A DNA stretch of 64,000 nucleotides from an uncultured Spirochaetota bacterium (GTDB lineage Bacteria; Spirochaetota; Spirochaetia; SZUA-6; Fen-1364), in NCBI GenBank assembly GCA_963845535.1, contig CAWJSK010000002.1, forward strand, positions 96,001 to 160,000, in the 5' to 3' direction. This document shows, one piece after another, positions 39,293 through 51,694 of the stretch (position 1 is its first letter; each line of letters opens with the position of its first letter). The notes beneath the pieces were generated by a model. It did no database searches. It was not told where the DNA came from and saw only the letters and a list, made by a program, of their open reading frames with translations. Position numbers and translations under genes: made by a program.

Positions 39293-40065
39293 CAGAGGGT
39301 CGGCGCCGTGGCGCCTCTGTGCGGGAAGCCGTCCCACGGCAGGAACGCCATGGGGAGCCCCTGCCGGTATTCCACGCCAAGCCACGGCTTTTTCGCGTCA
39401 GGGCTCGTTCCCAAAGTGACCTTCACCTCACGGGCGTTGTCCGCGGTCTGCCGCAGCGCCCTGACGGAGAGAGTCACCATGTCACCGGGCTTCTTCTCCT
39501 GGACCATTGCGCTCAGGCTGTGGTCCCCATCGATTGTGGTCCCGTCCACGGAAAGGATGACGTCACCTCTTTTTATCCCTGCCTTGTCCGCGGGGCTGCC
39601 GGAAACGACCCTGGCAACGAACGCGCCGTCGGAAAAGGCCCACGGCGGAACCCGGCCCTGGGGGCCGAGCATGCCGGTGCGCTCGCGTCCTTCAGGCAGC
39701 AGCAGCACTCCCATGTACGCGCGCCCGTTCTTCTCTCCCAGGGCAACGGAGAGGGTCTTCTCCGCGTCTCCGTGACGGAGCTTTACCTGAAGGGTCTCCC
39801 CTTGCTTGCGCTGGCCGACCGCCTGGCGGATGTCACTCGGGTTATTCACGGCGGTGCCGCCGATATCCGTTATGATGTCTCCCCGGACGATGCCCGCGGT
39901 CTCAGCGGGACTTCCGGATTCGACTGAAATGACGAGAACTCCGGGTTGTGACGGGTGGCCGGGGTTTGTAGTCGAGCTCGCCTGGGCAAAACCGAGAGCG
40001 GCCGTTGCTGCCAGGAGAGTCGCCGCGATCAGGAGACCGCGGCGGATGAACGCTTGTCTGATCAT
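39292..40065 (-). CDS. Exported protein with two PDZ domains and no protease domain
   Basis: Signal peptide; GSPAETAGIVRGDII and GSPADKAGIKRGDVILSVDG motifs. Confidence 0.88.
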   Translation of the reverse strand: MIRQAFIRRGLLIAATLLAATAALGFAQASSTTNPGHPSQPGVLVISVESGSPAETAGIVRGDIITDIGGTAVNNPSDIRQAVGQRKQGETLQVKLRHGDAEKTLSVALGEKNGRAYMGVLLLPEGRERTGMLGPQGRVPPWAFSDGAFVARVVSGSPADKAGIKRGDVILSVDGTTIDGDHSLSAMVQEKKPGDMVTLSVRALRQTADNAREVKVTLGTSPDAKKPWLGVEYRQGLPMAFLPWDGFPHRGATAPTL

Positions 40066-40087
40066 GATTCTGTTGCCTCCGCGCTGT

Positions 40088-40140
40088 AAGCTATCATGCG
40101 AGGTTTAGCGCGGCTTTAATGTCAGATTAAGTTTCGTTAA
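40088..40140 (-). promoter_or_regulatory. Four TTAA/CTAA boxes at 10-11-bp spacing plus an extended -10 (candidate OmpR-family binding array)
   Basis: Boxes at 40137, 40127, 40116 and 40105; TGA-TAGCTT at 40088-40096. Confidence 0.6.
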
Positions 40141-40858
40141 CATTGCGCTTCTGGGAAAACATGTAACCAGTGCCCCGCACGGTGACCAGCCACCGGGGGT
40201 TCGCGGGGTCATCTTCCAGCTTTTCCCGCAAGTGCCGCATGTGGACGTCCACGGTCCGCTGGGAGTCCACCGAGTTCTCGTATCCCCAGACCAGCTCCAG
40301 GAGCGCGTCCCTGCTGAAGACCTGCTCGGGATGAGTCACGAGGTGGCGGAGGAGGCGGTATTCCGTGGGCGTGAGCGGCACGCCATGGTCACCCCGTTCG
40401 ACGCGCATGCCCTTGAGGTCCACTCGCACGTCGGCAAACGCCACTTTCTCAGCGCCGGAGGCGGAAGCCAGCTCCCCGTACGCCCGGCGCAGCGCGGCGC
40501 GCACGCGGGAGAGAAGCTCACGGAAGCTGAACGGCTTGACGATGTAGTCATCCGCGCCCAGCTCGAGGCCGACGATCTTGTCCACTTCCTCATCTCTCGC
40601 GGTGACCATGAGGATGGGCAGCGTGCGGCCCTCTTCCCGGAGGGTCTTGCACACGTCGAAGCCGCTCATGTCGGAAAGCCGGATGTCGAGGAGGATGAGG
40701 TGCGGAAGCTCTTTGGGGCTTTTCCCGCGGGCGAGCTCCAGCGCCTTCTTCCCGTTGGCTGCAAGAACCACCATAAATCCCTCGGCCTTCAGGCCGTACT
40801 CGAGCCCGCGAGCAACGGACGGTTCATCCTCGACTACCAGGATCGTTTCACCGGACAT
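40127..40858 (-). CDS. OmpR/PhoB-family response regulator
   Basis: VVEDE, LLD, GADDYIVKPF, LTPTEY, RTVDVHMRHLREKLE and TVRGTGY motifs. Confidence 0.93.
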   Translation of the reverse strand: MSGETILVVEDEPSVARGLEYGLKAEGFMVVLAANGKKALELARGKSPKELPHLILLDIRLSDMSGFDVCKTLREEGRTLPILMVTARDEEVDKIVGLELGADDYIVKPFSFRELLSRVRAALRRAYGELASASGAEKVAFADVRVDLKGMRVERGDHGVPLTPTEYRLLRHLVTHPEQVFSRDALLELVWGYENSVDSQRTVDVHMRHLREKLEDDPANPRWLVTVRGTGYMFSQKRNVNET

Positions 40859-40928
40859 CAAACAAATACTACGCCGGCCCGGCCGCCTTTCGCAAGGCAT
40901 CCGTCACCGCGTGTTCACCGCGCGTCCG

Positions 40929-43900
40929 TCACCGCGCCGTGACAGCCGTGGCGGCGCCGTCCATAGCCGTCCCGATAGTGCTGCTGCCGCCGGTCCCGCT
41001 GCCGCCGGCCTTCTTGGGCGTGATGCCTGGGCCGAGGCCGCCGGCGAGGCCTACCGAGCCGATGGAGAGGTAGACGCCGATGTCATTCACTGGATCGAAC
41101 GAGCTTGCGGCGGATGTGTCGATCCGCGCCGCCACGCCGATCAACACACCGAAGGGGATGGCGTCGAAAGCCATCTGGAGCGTGAAGTCTCCGCCCACGT
41201 AGAGGAACGGCTCCACAGCGAATCCCTGGAAGCCGTCCCCCCACTGCGCAAGGCCCTCGGCATGGACCGCCACCCGCGCCCCTGTTGCGGCCACGCTGAA
41301 CGCCAGCGGCTTGTCCAGGAGCGCAATGGGAATGGCGTAGTCGACGCTGGCAAGAGCCTGCCCGGGCACGTTTCGCGTTTCAGGGCCGGGGAAGCCGCGG
41401 GGGACCGCGAAGGAATCCGTGTACTGGCTGAACGGTCCTCCGAGCACATCAGTGGACTTCACTCCAAGGATGATCACCTGGTGCGGGATGGGGGAGGGGA
41501 TATTCACGCCTGCCTGGAGCGCGAAGTTGCTCTCGGGGACCGGTGAATAGAGAACGGGAAGGCGCGTTCCGTTCTCCAGGGCCGCGCTCGCTGCAAGCGG
41601 GGAATCGAAGTCGACAGGCCCGCCGCTTCGCTGCCACTGCCAGGAGATCCCGCTCGTGATGAACAGGCTGTTCTGCCAGCTTCCGGCCAGGGGCCCCAAC
41701 GCTGCGGAAACGCTGAACGGTACAGAGGAATCCAGCTCGGCGAGATGCTCGAGCCCGAGTGACACGGAGAGCAGCCGAGCGGTGTCGAGCCGGAGATCGT
41801 TGATCACCGGGAGGCTCAACGAGACGCTGGAATCCAGGGTCTGGGAGTATTGGTCCGTGTATTGGTAGGCGAGCTGGCTTCCGACTGCCGCCACGAACGG
41901 ACCCAGCGCCGAGGTGGTCGTTACCCCGCCAAACGGCTGTTGGGATGCGAATGACCAACCCGCGTCCGCGAGCCACGTTGTTGTCCCCAGAAGGGAAGCG
42001 CCATAAGCCGCGGCGCCAAGGCCGAGCTCGACTCCGGGGGACCCGGGGCTGGTCCGGGTGACAGTGGGGAAGGGAAGCCACAGGAGCGGCGCGGGCCAGT
42101 CCGTGTACCCGTGGGAGGGGACTGAGGCGCCCGCCCATGTGAACGCCTCGGGGAGCTCCTGCTGCGCGCCCTGGTCTGCTGGAATCTGCTCCGCGCCAAG
42201 GCTGGAAAGAGGCACCGTCCTCAGGCATCGCCCATTGCTCGAATAGCTGGAATAGACAAGCGAGTCCCCGTCCACGACGGCGGAAATGACGGCAACGGGA
42301 TCATCGAGGACCTTGACGACTTGCGCGCTCGAGAGGCTCGCCCGATAGAGCGAGAGGCTCCCTTCGCGGTCGGAAGAGAACAGTACGTTGTCATCGTCCA
42401 GAAAGGACGGGAAGTATTCTCCGAACGGATCCGGCCCCAGGACAGCGGCGGCCGCGTCACGGTTCACGCTCTCCACGGGAGAGTTGCTATCCGTGAGCGC
42501 CATGGAGCCAGGGAGGAGCTTTTCGTAGTCCGCCACGTATATGTTCTGATACCCGCGGACGTTCAGAGTGAATGCCAGGCGCCGGCCGTCCGGGGAGAAG
42601 ACCGGCGTGGAGACGTTCGCCTCAGCCCAGGAGAACAGCACCCGTACCGCGCCCGTGGCCGGGTCAATGGAAACAAGCCGTGAATACGGCCCGGAGCCCT
42701 GCACTGCGACAAGACGGCTGCCGTCCGGTGAGATGCAGGGCTGCCAGAGGTGGGCGCCGCTCGTGAGCTGGGTCACGGCGCCGGTTTTGACGTCGAGCTG
42801 GAAGAGATCCGACACGATCAGCGTGTCCGCGGGGTCCAGCCATGTCTGGGTCAACGACGTGAAGTAGATGGTCTCACCGTCCGAGGTGGCGGTGAACGAA
42901 AGGCCGTCGTTGTTCACCGTGCGGATGATCTTTTCCGTGCCGTTCCGCGGGTCGTACCTGACGATGGCGGGGTAGTGGTCCAGGGGAGCGCTGAAGACGT
43001 ACATCCCCCGTTTCGTGACCACCGGGTGGATCCACGTGCCGGGCTTTGCCGGGGTGATGAGCACTCCCGACGGGATTGCGGTGAAGGGCTTGTACTTCTG
43101 CTCCAGATGCGCCTTGAGGTCGGCGAATACCGCAGAGGCGCTTTTCCCCGTCACCTTCTGGATGGCAGCCCAGGGCCCGAAGAAGGGGAAATTGAGGTAC
43201 TGGTCCATGATGCGCTGGAACGCATCCTCTCCGTACGCGGTCAGGATGAAGTCCACGAGGATGTATCCGCCCACATAGATGCGGCCGGCGGGAGGAAACG
43301 CGGATTCGTAGGCCGCCTGCTCGAGGCTGAAGAGCTTGTCCTCCTCCACGGGCGCTTTGTAAAACATCTCGAACAGGGGGCTTCTTCCTCGTCCTCCGTT
43401 GGTGAAGATCGTCTCCGTGTTCGTGCTCGGCCCTTCGATCATCCATCCAGGGAGGAAGGCGAAGTGCGCGCCCGCGGCGTCCGCTCCGAACACCCGGGAG
43501 AGGGCGTAGAAGAACCCCCGGTCCATGGTGGCGTGCACGTAGTGGGTCAGCTCGTGGGTCAGGAGGATTTTCAGCCAGCTCTCCGTGCGTGAGCCCATGA
43601 AGTGGTCCGTCGGGGCGGTCACGTACAGCTCGATGTGCATGGGAAGGAACGTGGTGGAGCCGTTGGCCTCGTCTATCCGTCCTCGGATGATCACCGGGAC
43701 CTTCTTCGGATACGAATGAAAGAAGCCGGTGATCTTCTGGTAGATCGGCTCGCAGAACGTGAGGAGCTCGTTCACGGAGGCGCGGTCCCGCGGTTCAAGG
43801 ATGAAAATGAAATGCTCGGTTTCCGCTTTCTCCCAATGCAGGGATTGTGCGTCCAGAGGGGAGGGCTGAAGAGCGCCCGTACCAAAACAGATCACAAGGG

Positions 43901-43934
43901 CGGTGAGAGCGGCGCCAAGCCTGACATCTTTCAT
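40929..43934 (-). CDS. Large exported protein: zincin-like domain, TolB/PD40-like propeller and possible C-terminal beta-barrel
   Basis: Signal peptide; HELTH...WMIEG motif; SPDG repeats; C-terminus rich in amphipathic beta-strands. Confidence 0.75.
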   Translation of the reverse strand: MKDVRLGAALTALVICFGTGALQPSPLDAQSLHWEKAETEHFIFILEPRDRASVNELLTFCEPIYQKITGFFHSYPKKVPVIIRGRIDEANGSTTFLPMHIELYVTAPTDHFMGSRTESWLKILLTHELTHYVHATMDRGFFYALSRVFGADAAGAHFAFLPGWMIEGPSTNTETIFTNGGRGRSPLFEMFYKAPVEEDKLFSLEQAAYESAFPPAGRIYVGGYILVDFILTAYGEDAFQRIMDQYLNFPFFGPWAAIQKVTGKSASAVFADLKAHLEQKYKPFTAIPSGVLITPAKPGTWIHPVVTKRGMYVFSAPLDHYPAIVRYDPRNGTEKIIRTVNNDGLSFTATSDGETIYFTSLTQTWLDPADTLIVSDLFQLDVKTGAVTQLTSGAHLWQPCISPDGSRLVAVQGSGPYSRLVSIDPATGAVRVLFSWAEANVSTPVFSPDGRRLAFTLNVRGYQNIYVADYEKLLPGSMALTDSNSPVESVNRDAAAAVLGPDPFGEYFPSFLDDDNVLFSSDREGSLSLYRASLSSAQVVKVLDDPVAVISAVVDGDSLVYSSYSSNGRCLRTVPLSSLGAEQIPADQGAQQELPEAFTWAGASVPSHGYTDWPAPLLWLPFPTVTRTSPGSPGVELGLGAAAYGASLLGTTTWLADAGWSFASQQPFGGVTTTSALGPFVAAVGSQLAYQYTDQYSQTLDSSVSLSLPVINDLRLDTARLLSVSLGLEHLAELDSSVPFSVSAALGPLAGSWQNSLFITSGISWQWQRSGGPVDFDSPLAASAALENGTRLPVLYSPVPESNFALQAGVNIPSPIPHQVIILGVKSTDVLGGPFSQYTDSFAVPRGFPGPETRNVPGQALASVDYAIPIALLDKPLAFSVAATGARVAVHAEGLAQWGDGFQGFAVEPFLYVGGDFTLQMAFDAIPFGVLIGVAARIDTSAASSFDPVNDIGVYLSIGSVGLAGGLGPGITPKKAGGSGTGGSSTIGTAMDGAATAVTAR

Positions 43935-44419
43935 GAACGGATCCTTTCATAATCGACGAACCTGTGGCGGGGCCCGCCGGACGGACCCATCGCGCCTGTC
44001 GATTCTTCAACAATCCGCCACTGCTCCCAGTGCACCTCGGGAAAGAAAACGTCCCCGCTGAAGTTGCCTTCCACGTGCGTGATGTACATCCAGCCGGCCA
44101 TGGGGAGGAACAGCGCGTAGACGGAGGCGCCGCCAATGACGAAAAGCTCATCGCTGCCGGCGAGCGCAATTGCATCAGCCGCGGTGCGAGCCATCTCGCA
44201 GCCGGGCACGGAGAGGCTCTCATGACGAGTCAAGACGATGTTTCGCCTGCCCGAAAGCGGCTTTTTCAAGGATTCGAATGTTGTGCGGCCCATGACCACG
44301 GGATGTCCCATGGTGATGCTCTTGAACCGGGCCAGGTCATCCGGCAGCCGCCACGGCAGCTTCCCCGCGTTCCCGATCACATTGTTTGCTGCAACGGCCG
44401 CGATCAGGGAGACCGACAT
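43931..44419 (-). CDS. folA: Dihydrofolate reductase
   Basis: VIGNAGKLPWRLPDDL, MGRTTFES, RRNIVLT, IGGA and GDVFFP motifs. Confidence 0.95.
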   Translation of the reverse strand: MSVSLIAAVAANNVIGNAGKLPWRLPDDLARFKSITMGHPVVMGRTTFESLKKPLSGRRNIVLTRHESLSVPGCEMARTAADAIALAGSDELFVIGGASVYALFLPMAGWMYITHVEGNFSGDVFFPEVHWEQWRIVEESTGAMGPSGGPRHRFVDYERIRS

Positions 44420-44432
44420 GGAGCGCGGTCCG

Positions 44433-45227
44433 TCAGACGGCAATTGCCCCGCGCAGCGGCGGGTGCGGCTGGTAGTCTTCTATCTTTATGTCATCAAAGC
44501 TGAAATCGAAGATCCCCTTCACCGCTGGGTTCAGGGAGAGGCGCGGAAGCGGGCGGGGCTCCCGCGTGAGCTGTGTCTCCACCTGGGAGACGTGGTTGTT
44601 GTAGATGTGGGCGTCCCCCAAGGTATGCACGAACTCGTGCGGCTGAAGACCGCAGGCCTGCGCAATCATGTGCGTGAGCAGGCTGTAGGATGCGATATTG
44701 AACGGCACGCCCAGGAAAACGTCCGCGCTGCGCTGGTAGAGCTGGCAGGAAAGACGGTTGTCCGCCACGTAGAACTGGAAGAGGCAGTGGCAGGGAGCCA
44801 GCGCCATCTTGTCGATCTCCGCGACATTCCACGCTGAGACAATGTGGCGGCGGGACCATGGCTCAGCGCGCAGCCCCTGGACAACGGCGGAGATCTGGTC
44901 GATGACGCGGCCCTCAGGGGCCGGCCATGACCGCCACTGGCGCCCGTACACCGGGCCAAGGTCTCCGTCCGGGCCGGCCCATTCATCCCAGATGTGGACG
45001 CCGACCTCGTTCAGTGACTTGATGTTCGTCTCCCCGCGGAGGAACCAGAGAAGCTCGTGAATGATGGCTTTCGTGTTGAGCTTTTTCGTCGTGAGAAGGG
45101 GAAACCCTTCCCGGAGGTCGAAACGCATCTGGTAGCCGAAGATGCTGCGCGTGCCCGTGCCTGTGCGGTCCGCCTTGACGGCGCCGGTGTCCAGGACCTT
45201 CCTGCACAGATCGAGGTACTGCTTCAT
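44433..45227 (-). CDS. thyA: Thymidylate synthase
   Basis: [19 protein letters not shown] and [18 protein letters not shown] motifs. Confidence 0.97.
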   Translation of the reverse strand: MKQYLDLCRKVLDTGAVKADRTGTGTRSIFGYQMRFDLREGFPLLTTKKLNTKAIIHELLWFLRGETNIKSLNEVGVHIWDEWAGPDGDLGPVYGRQWRSWPAPEGRVIDQISAVVQGLRAEPWSRRHIVSAWNVAEIDKMALAPCHCLFQFYVADNRLSCQLYQRSADVFLGVPFNIASYSLLTHMIAQACGLQPHEFVHTLGDAHIYNNHVSQVETQLTREPRPLPRLSLNPAVKGIFDFSFDDIKIEDYQPHPPLRGAIAV

Positions 45228-45242
45228 GGCATCACCTAAAGC

Positions 45243-46139
45243 TCATATGGCGTCTTCGCGATTGACCACCTTGTTCAGCGGGTACTCGATGATGCCGGTG
45301 GCGCCTTTTTCAATGAGCCGCGGAACGAGCTCCCGTACCACGGACTCGCGGATTACGATCTCCACGGAGAACCACGCCGAATCATGCAGCTTGGCGACGG
45401 TAGGGGAGGTGAGGCTGGGGAGGAGTCCGATCACTTCCTCGAAGCTGGACTCAGGGACGTTCATCTTGATGCCGACAAGGTTCTCAGCGGCCAGGGCGCC
45501 TCGCAGGAGCAGCGCGATGTGCTGGATCTTGCGGCGTTTGGCCGGGTCAGCCATGGCGGCTTTGTTCGCGATGAGCTTCGTGTTGGTCTCCAGAAGCGTG
45601 TGCACGATCTTCAGCCCGTTGGCCCGGAGCGTCGTTCCCGTCTCCGTCACTTCGACAATCGCATCCACCAGGCCGTCCACGGCCTTGGCCTCCGTGGCTC
45701 CCCAGGAGAACTCCACCTTCACGTTGATGCCCCGTTCGGCGAAGTAGCGCTTCGTGAAGCCCACCAGCTCGGTGGAGATGGTCTTCCCGGCGCAGTCCTC
45801 CAGGCGTGCAATGGGAGAGGCGGCAGGACAGGCGAGCACCCACTTCGCCTTGCTGGTGCTTGCTTTCGAGTAGATGAGGTCAGTCACGATCTCCACGTCA
45901 GCGTCGTTTTCCAATATCCAGTCCAGGCCCGTGAGGCCGGCGTCAAGGACGCCGTTCTCCACGTAGCGGGCCATTTCCTGCGCACGCACGAGGTTGCACG
46001 TGATCTCGGGGTCATCTATGGAAGGGAAATACGATCTCTCCGAGGTGGTGATCTTCCACCCCGCCTTCTGGAACAGCTCTATGGTTGCCCGTTCGAGGCT
46101 GCCCTTGGGGACCCCGAGCTTGATGATGTGGTCCTTCAT
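45243..46139 (-). CDS. hisG: ATP phosphoribosyltransferase (long form)
   Basis: [22 protein letters not shown] and C-terminal SPTV...GATGIIE motifs. Confidence 0.95.
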   Translation of the reverse strand: MKDHIIKLGVPKGSLERATIELFQKAGWKITTSERSYFPSIDDPEITCNLVRAQEMARYVENGVLDAGLTGLDWILENDADVEIVTDLIYSKASTSKAKWVLACPAASPIARLEDCAGKTISTELVGFTKRYFAERGINVKVEFSWGATEAKAVDGLVDAIVEVTETGTTLRANGLKIVHTLLETNTKLIANKAAMADPAKRRKIQHIALLLRGALAAENLVGIKMNVPESSFEEVIGLLPSLTSPTVAKLHDSAWFSVEIVIRESVVRELVPRLIEKGATGIIEYPLNKVVNREDAI

Positions 46140-46519
46140 TTCTTCTCCCCGTAAACGTCTTCGGGGTTGAAGACTTTCACGCCGTCCACCCGTTCAACGC
46201 CTTTTTCCACCACGCGGAAGAAGCAGCTCCTGTAGCCGGTGTGACAGGCGGCATCTCCGACCTGGCGAACCCGGGCCAGCACGCAGTCCGAGTCGCAGTC
46301 GATGCGAAGCTCCTTCACTTCCTGCACATTGCCCGAGCTTTCCCCTTTCTTCCAGAGCTTGCTCCGGGACCTGCTCCAGTAATGCATGATCCCCGTCTTC
46401 TGAGTCAGCTCCCATGACTCCTTGTTCATGAAAGCCACCATGAGGATCTCGCCGGTCTGCCAGTCCTGCGCCACGGCGGGAACCAGGCCGTCGAGCTTTG
46501 TGAAGTCCAGCTCTACCAT
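46136..46519 (-). CDS. hisI: Phosphoribosyl-AMP cyclohydrolase
   Basis: YWSRSR, KGESSG, DCDSD and [10 protein letters not shown] motifs; start ATG 46519 after AGGAG. Confidence 0.95.
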   Translation of the reverse strand: MVELDFTKLDGLVPAVAQDWQTGEILMVAFMNKESWELTQKTGIMHYWSRSRSKLWKKGESSGNVQEVKELRIDCDSDCVLARVRQVGDAACHTGYRSCFFRVVEKGVERVDGVKVFNPEDVYGEKK

Positions 46520-46533
46520 GGAAAAGTCTCCTC

Positions 46534-47787
46534 TTACAGCGAGATGTCGGTGCCGCGCCGCCGGAAGCCTTCCTCGCGGCCGTAGATGAGGCCGTACGTG
46601 TCGATTGCGATCTGCAGCTCCTCGTTCGTGGGCACCACAAGGATGGCGATGGGCGAATACGGCGCGGAAACGATCCCCTCCGCGGAACCCAGCGACACGT
46701 TCCCTGCGTAGTCCATGAATATACCGAGGTTCTCCAGGCGATGGCAAATCCTTTCCCGCATCCGAATGCCGTTCTGGCCGATCCCGCCCGTGAACACGAG
46801 CGCGTCCACCTTGACGAGGTTGGCCACATAGGCGCCGATGTATTTTCGCACGCGGTAGGCATAGACCTCCAGGGCCTGCGTGGCCCGGAGGTTGCCCTTG
46901 GTTGCCTCAGACTCCAGGTCTCGAAGGTCGTTGGAGATGCCCGAAAGCCCCAGCAGGCCGCTCTTCTTGTTGAGAAGGGAGTTCACCTCCGCGGAGCTGT
47001 ACCCCCGTCTTTCCAGGAAGTCCACGATTGCAGGGTCGATATCCCCGCTGCGCGTCCCCATCATGAGGCCTTCCAGGGGCGTGAATCCCATTGAGGTATC
47101 CACGGACTTGCCGTGCTCGATTGCCGTGACCGAGGCGCCGTTGCCGAGGTGGCACGTGATGATGTTCGTGTTCTCCGGGAAACGGCGAAGCAGCTCCAGG
47201 GCGCGGGATGCCACGTAGCGGTGGCTCGTGCCGTGGAATCCGTACCGGCGGATCTTGTACTTCTCATACAGCTCGTACGGGAGGCCGTAGAGGTAGGCGG
47301 CGGGAGGCATGGTCTGGTGGAACGCCGTGTCGAACACCGCGACGTGCTTCACCTTCGGGAGCAGCGACATGGCCTCGCGGATGCCAATGAGATTGGGGGG
47401 GTTGTGCAGCGGGGCAAGCTCCGCGTTCTTCTCCACCGCGGCAATCACCGCGTCATCAATGATCACCGAGTTGGCGTACTGCTCACCCCCGTGCACCACC
47501 CTGTGCCCGACCCCCGCAATGTCCTCCATGCGTGCAAGCACGCCGCGCGCCTTGTCCGTGAGCGCTTCCCGGACCAGCTCCATGGCCGCCTTGTGGTGGG
47601 GCACCTGCGTCTCATGGACGTACTCTTCCTTGGGAGTCTTTTGGGAGATTTTTCCCTTCAGCTCCCCGATCCTTTCCACCATTCCGCGGCCAAGACTGAC
47701 GCGGTGAGGCATCTGCCAGACCTCGTACTTCAGCGATGAGCTTCCGCAGTTGATGACCAGTATTTTAGTGTCCGATTCTTCCTGCAT
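46534..47787 (-). CDS. ackA: Acetate kinase
   Basis: NCGSSSLK, GHRVVHGG, APLHNP, FDTAFH, YGFHGTSH and TNEEL motifs. Confidence 0.95.
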   Translation of the reverse strand: MQEESDTKILVINCGSSSLKYEVWQMPHRVSLGRGMVERIGELKGKISQKTPKEEYVHETQVPHHKAAMELVREALTDKARGVLARMEDIAGVGHRVVHGGEQYANSVIIDDAVIAAVEKNAELAPLHNPPNLIGIREAMSLLPKVKHVAVFDTAFHQTMPPAAYLYGLPYELYEKYKIRRYGFHGTSHRYVASRALELLRRFPENTNIITCHLGNGASVTAIEHGKSVDTSMGFTPLEGLMMGTRSGDIDPAIVDFLERRGYSSAEVNSLLNKKSGLLGLSGISNDLRDLESEATKGNLRATQALEVYAYRVRKYIGAYVANLVKVDALVFTGGIGQNGIRMRERICHRLENLGIFMDYAGNVSLGSAEGIVSAPYSPIAILVVPTNEELQIAIDTYGLIYGREEGFRRRGTDISL

Positions 47788-47864
47788 AGAGGCCTCCGCG
47801 ATGTGTGAGAACGCCTCCATTGGTACCAGAAACAGGGCTTCTGTGCTATCTCTAGTCCCAGAGT

Positions 47865-48743
47865 ATGGGCCTTTCACTCATCTACCACGCCGGCGCCCTC
47901 GGAGACTTTGTCACTGCTCTTCCCGCCATGCGGGCGTGGCGGAGGCTGCACCCCGGTGACGGCGTGGTTCTTCTGGGCAAGGCTGGGCACGCTGAGCTTG
48001 CCCCGCCCGGACTTTTCGATGAGGCGTGGGAGGCCGGCTCGTCCCTCTTCACCCCGCTTTTCGGCAGAGAAGCGGATGTCCCGCCTCTTCTCACCGCGCG
48101 CTTTCGGCGATTCAGCTCGGCATTGCTCTTTTCATCCGCAGTATCCGCCCTTCCCGAGAATCTTGCGCGGCTCGGGGTGCGGGAGATCGTTTGGCAGCAC
48201 CCGTTCCCGGCAGAACGAGTGCCGATCGTCGATTATCACCTCTCCCTCTTCCCTTCTCTCGCCTTCACCGAAGAAGACGCTCGACCGCAGGTACGGTGCG
48301 CGCGCGGCGCACTGCCGGTACCCGCCAACGCCGTTGCGTTGCATCCCGGCAGCGGCGACAAAAAGAAGAACTGGCCGTTTGCAAAGTTTCAGGACCTTGC
48401 GGGAGGGTTGGAGGCGACTGGTCTTGTTGTTCGATGGGTCCTTGGACCCGCGGAGAAGGACCTGGCGCTGCCATATTCCGGACAGGCGTGGCGAAATGTT
48501 TCCTTGAGTGATCTTGCGGGAGCGTTGACGGAATGTCGGCTGTTCGTGGGCAATGACTCAGGCGTTGCTCACCTGGCGGCGGCGGTCGGATGCCCCACCG
48601 TGGCGCTGTTTGGCGCCTCTGATGCCGCCGTTTGGGCACCACGCGGACGGGCTGTGCGCCTTGTTCAGGCACCCCGAGGTATTCTTGAGACTCTTTCAGG
48701 GGAGATAGTTCTTTCGGAGTGTCTTGGCTTCCTGCGGCGCTAA
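47865..48743 (+). CDS. Glycosyltransferase family 9 (heptosyltransferase-like)
   Basis: GALGD, HPGSG..KNWP and GNDSGVAHLAAA...LFG motifs. Confidence 0.88.
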   Translation: MGLSLIYHAGALGDFVTALPAMRAWRRLHPGDGVVLLGKAGHAELAPPGLFDEAWEAGSSLFTPLFGREADVPPLLTARFRRFSSALLFSSAVSALPENLARLGVREIVWQHPFPAERVPIVDYHLSLFPSLAFTEEDARPQVRCARGALPVPANAVALHPGSGDKKKNWPFAKFQDLAGGLEATGLVVRWVLGPAEKDLALPYSGQAWRNVSLSDLAGALTECRLFVGNDSGVAHLAAAVGCPTVALFGASDAAVWAPRGRAVRLVQAPRGILETLSGEIVLSECLGFLRR

Positions 48744-48801
48744 AACATTTTGGACGCCGCGCGAGAGAATGACCGTGTCACTCCCTCGCGCAGTGAAGAC
48801 C

Positions 48802-48909
48802 TTACCTCTTGCGAGCAGTCTTCTTGGCTGCCTTCTTTTTCGCTGTCTTCTTGGCAGGCTTCTTCGCAGCCTTCTTGGAGGTCTTCTTCGCCGTCTTCTT
48901 TACAGGCAT
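48802..48909 (-). CDS. 35-aa histone H1-like Lys/Ala-rich microprotein
   Basis: MPVKKTAKKTSKKAAKKPAKKTAKKKAAKKTARKR*, with an AAAGGGG RBS and its own promoter. Too short for the ORF track. Confidence 0.85.
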   Translation of the reverse strand: MPVKKTAKKTSKKAAKKPAKKTAKKKAAKKTARKR

Positions 48910-48947
48910 GTTCGCCCCTTTCATCCCATGAGATAAACTTAGCTCCA

Positions 48948-48976
48948 AGCATATAGCATGATGCCTGCGTTGTCAA
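48948..48976 (-). promoter_or_regulatory. Strong sigma70 promoter of the microprotein gene
   Basis: TTGACA-N17-TATGCT. Confidence 0.8.
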
Positions 48977-49050
48977 GGATTTCTCCGTGCGGGAGAGGGG
49001 AAGTTTCAGGGAGTCACGGGGTCGTTCGACACGTCGTTCGGACCATCGGC

Positions 49051-49071
49051 TATGATACAAACACGTGTTCG
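49051..49071 (+). promoter_or_regulatory. Candidate LexA (Gram-positive type) SOS box abutting a TATGAT -10 element
   Basis: CAAACACGTGTTCG; the reverse complement CGAAC-ACGT-GTTTG fits CGAACRNRYGTTYG. Confidence 0.5.
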
Positions 49072-49094
49072 ACGGTAATCTTCGTATCGTCCCG

Positions 49095-51684
<2,590 letters not shown>

Positions 51685-51694
51685 TGCCGGGACT

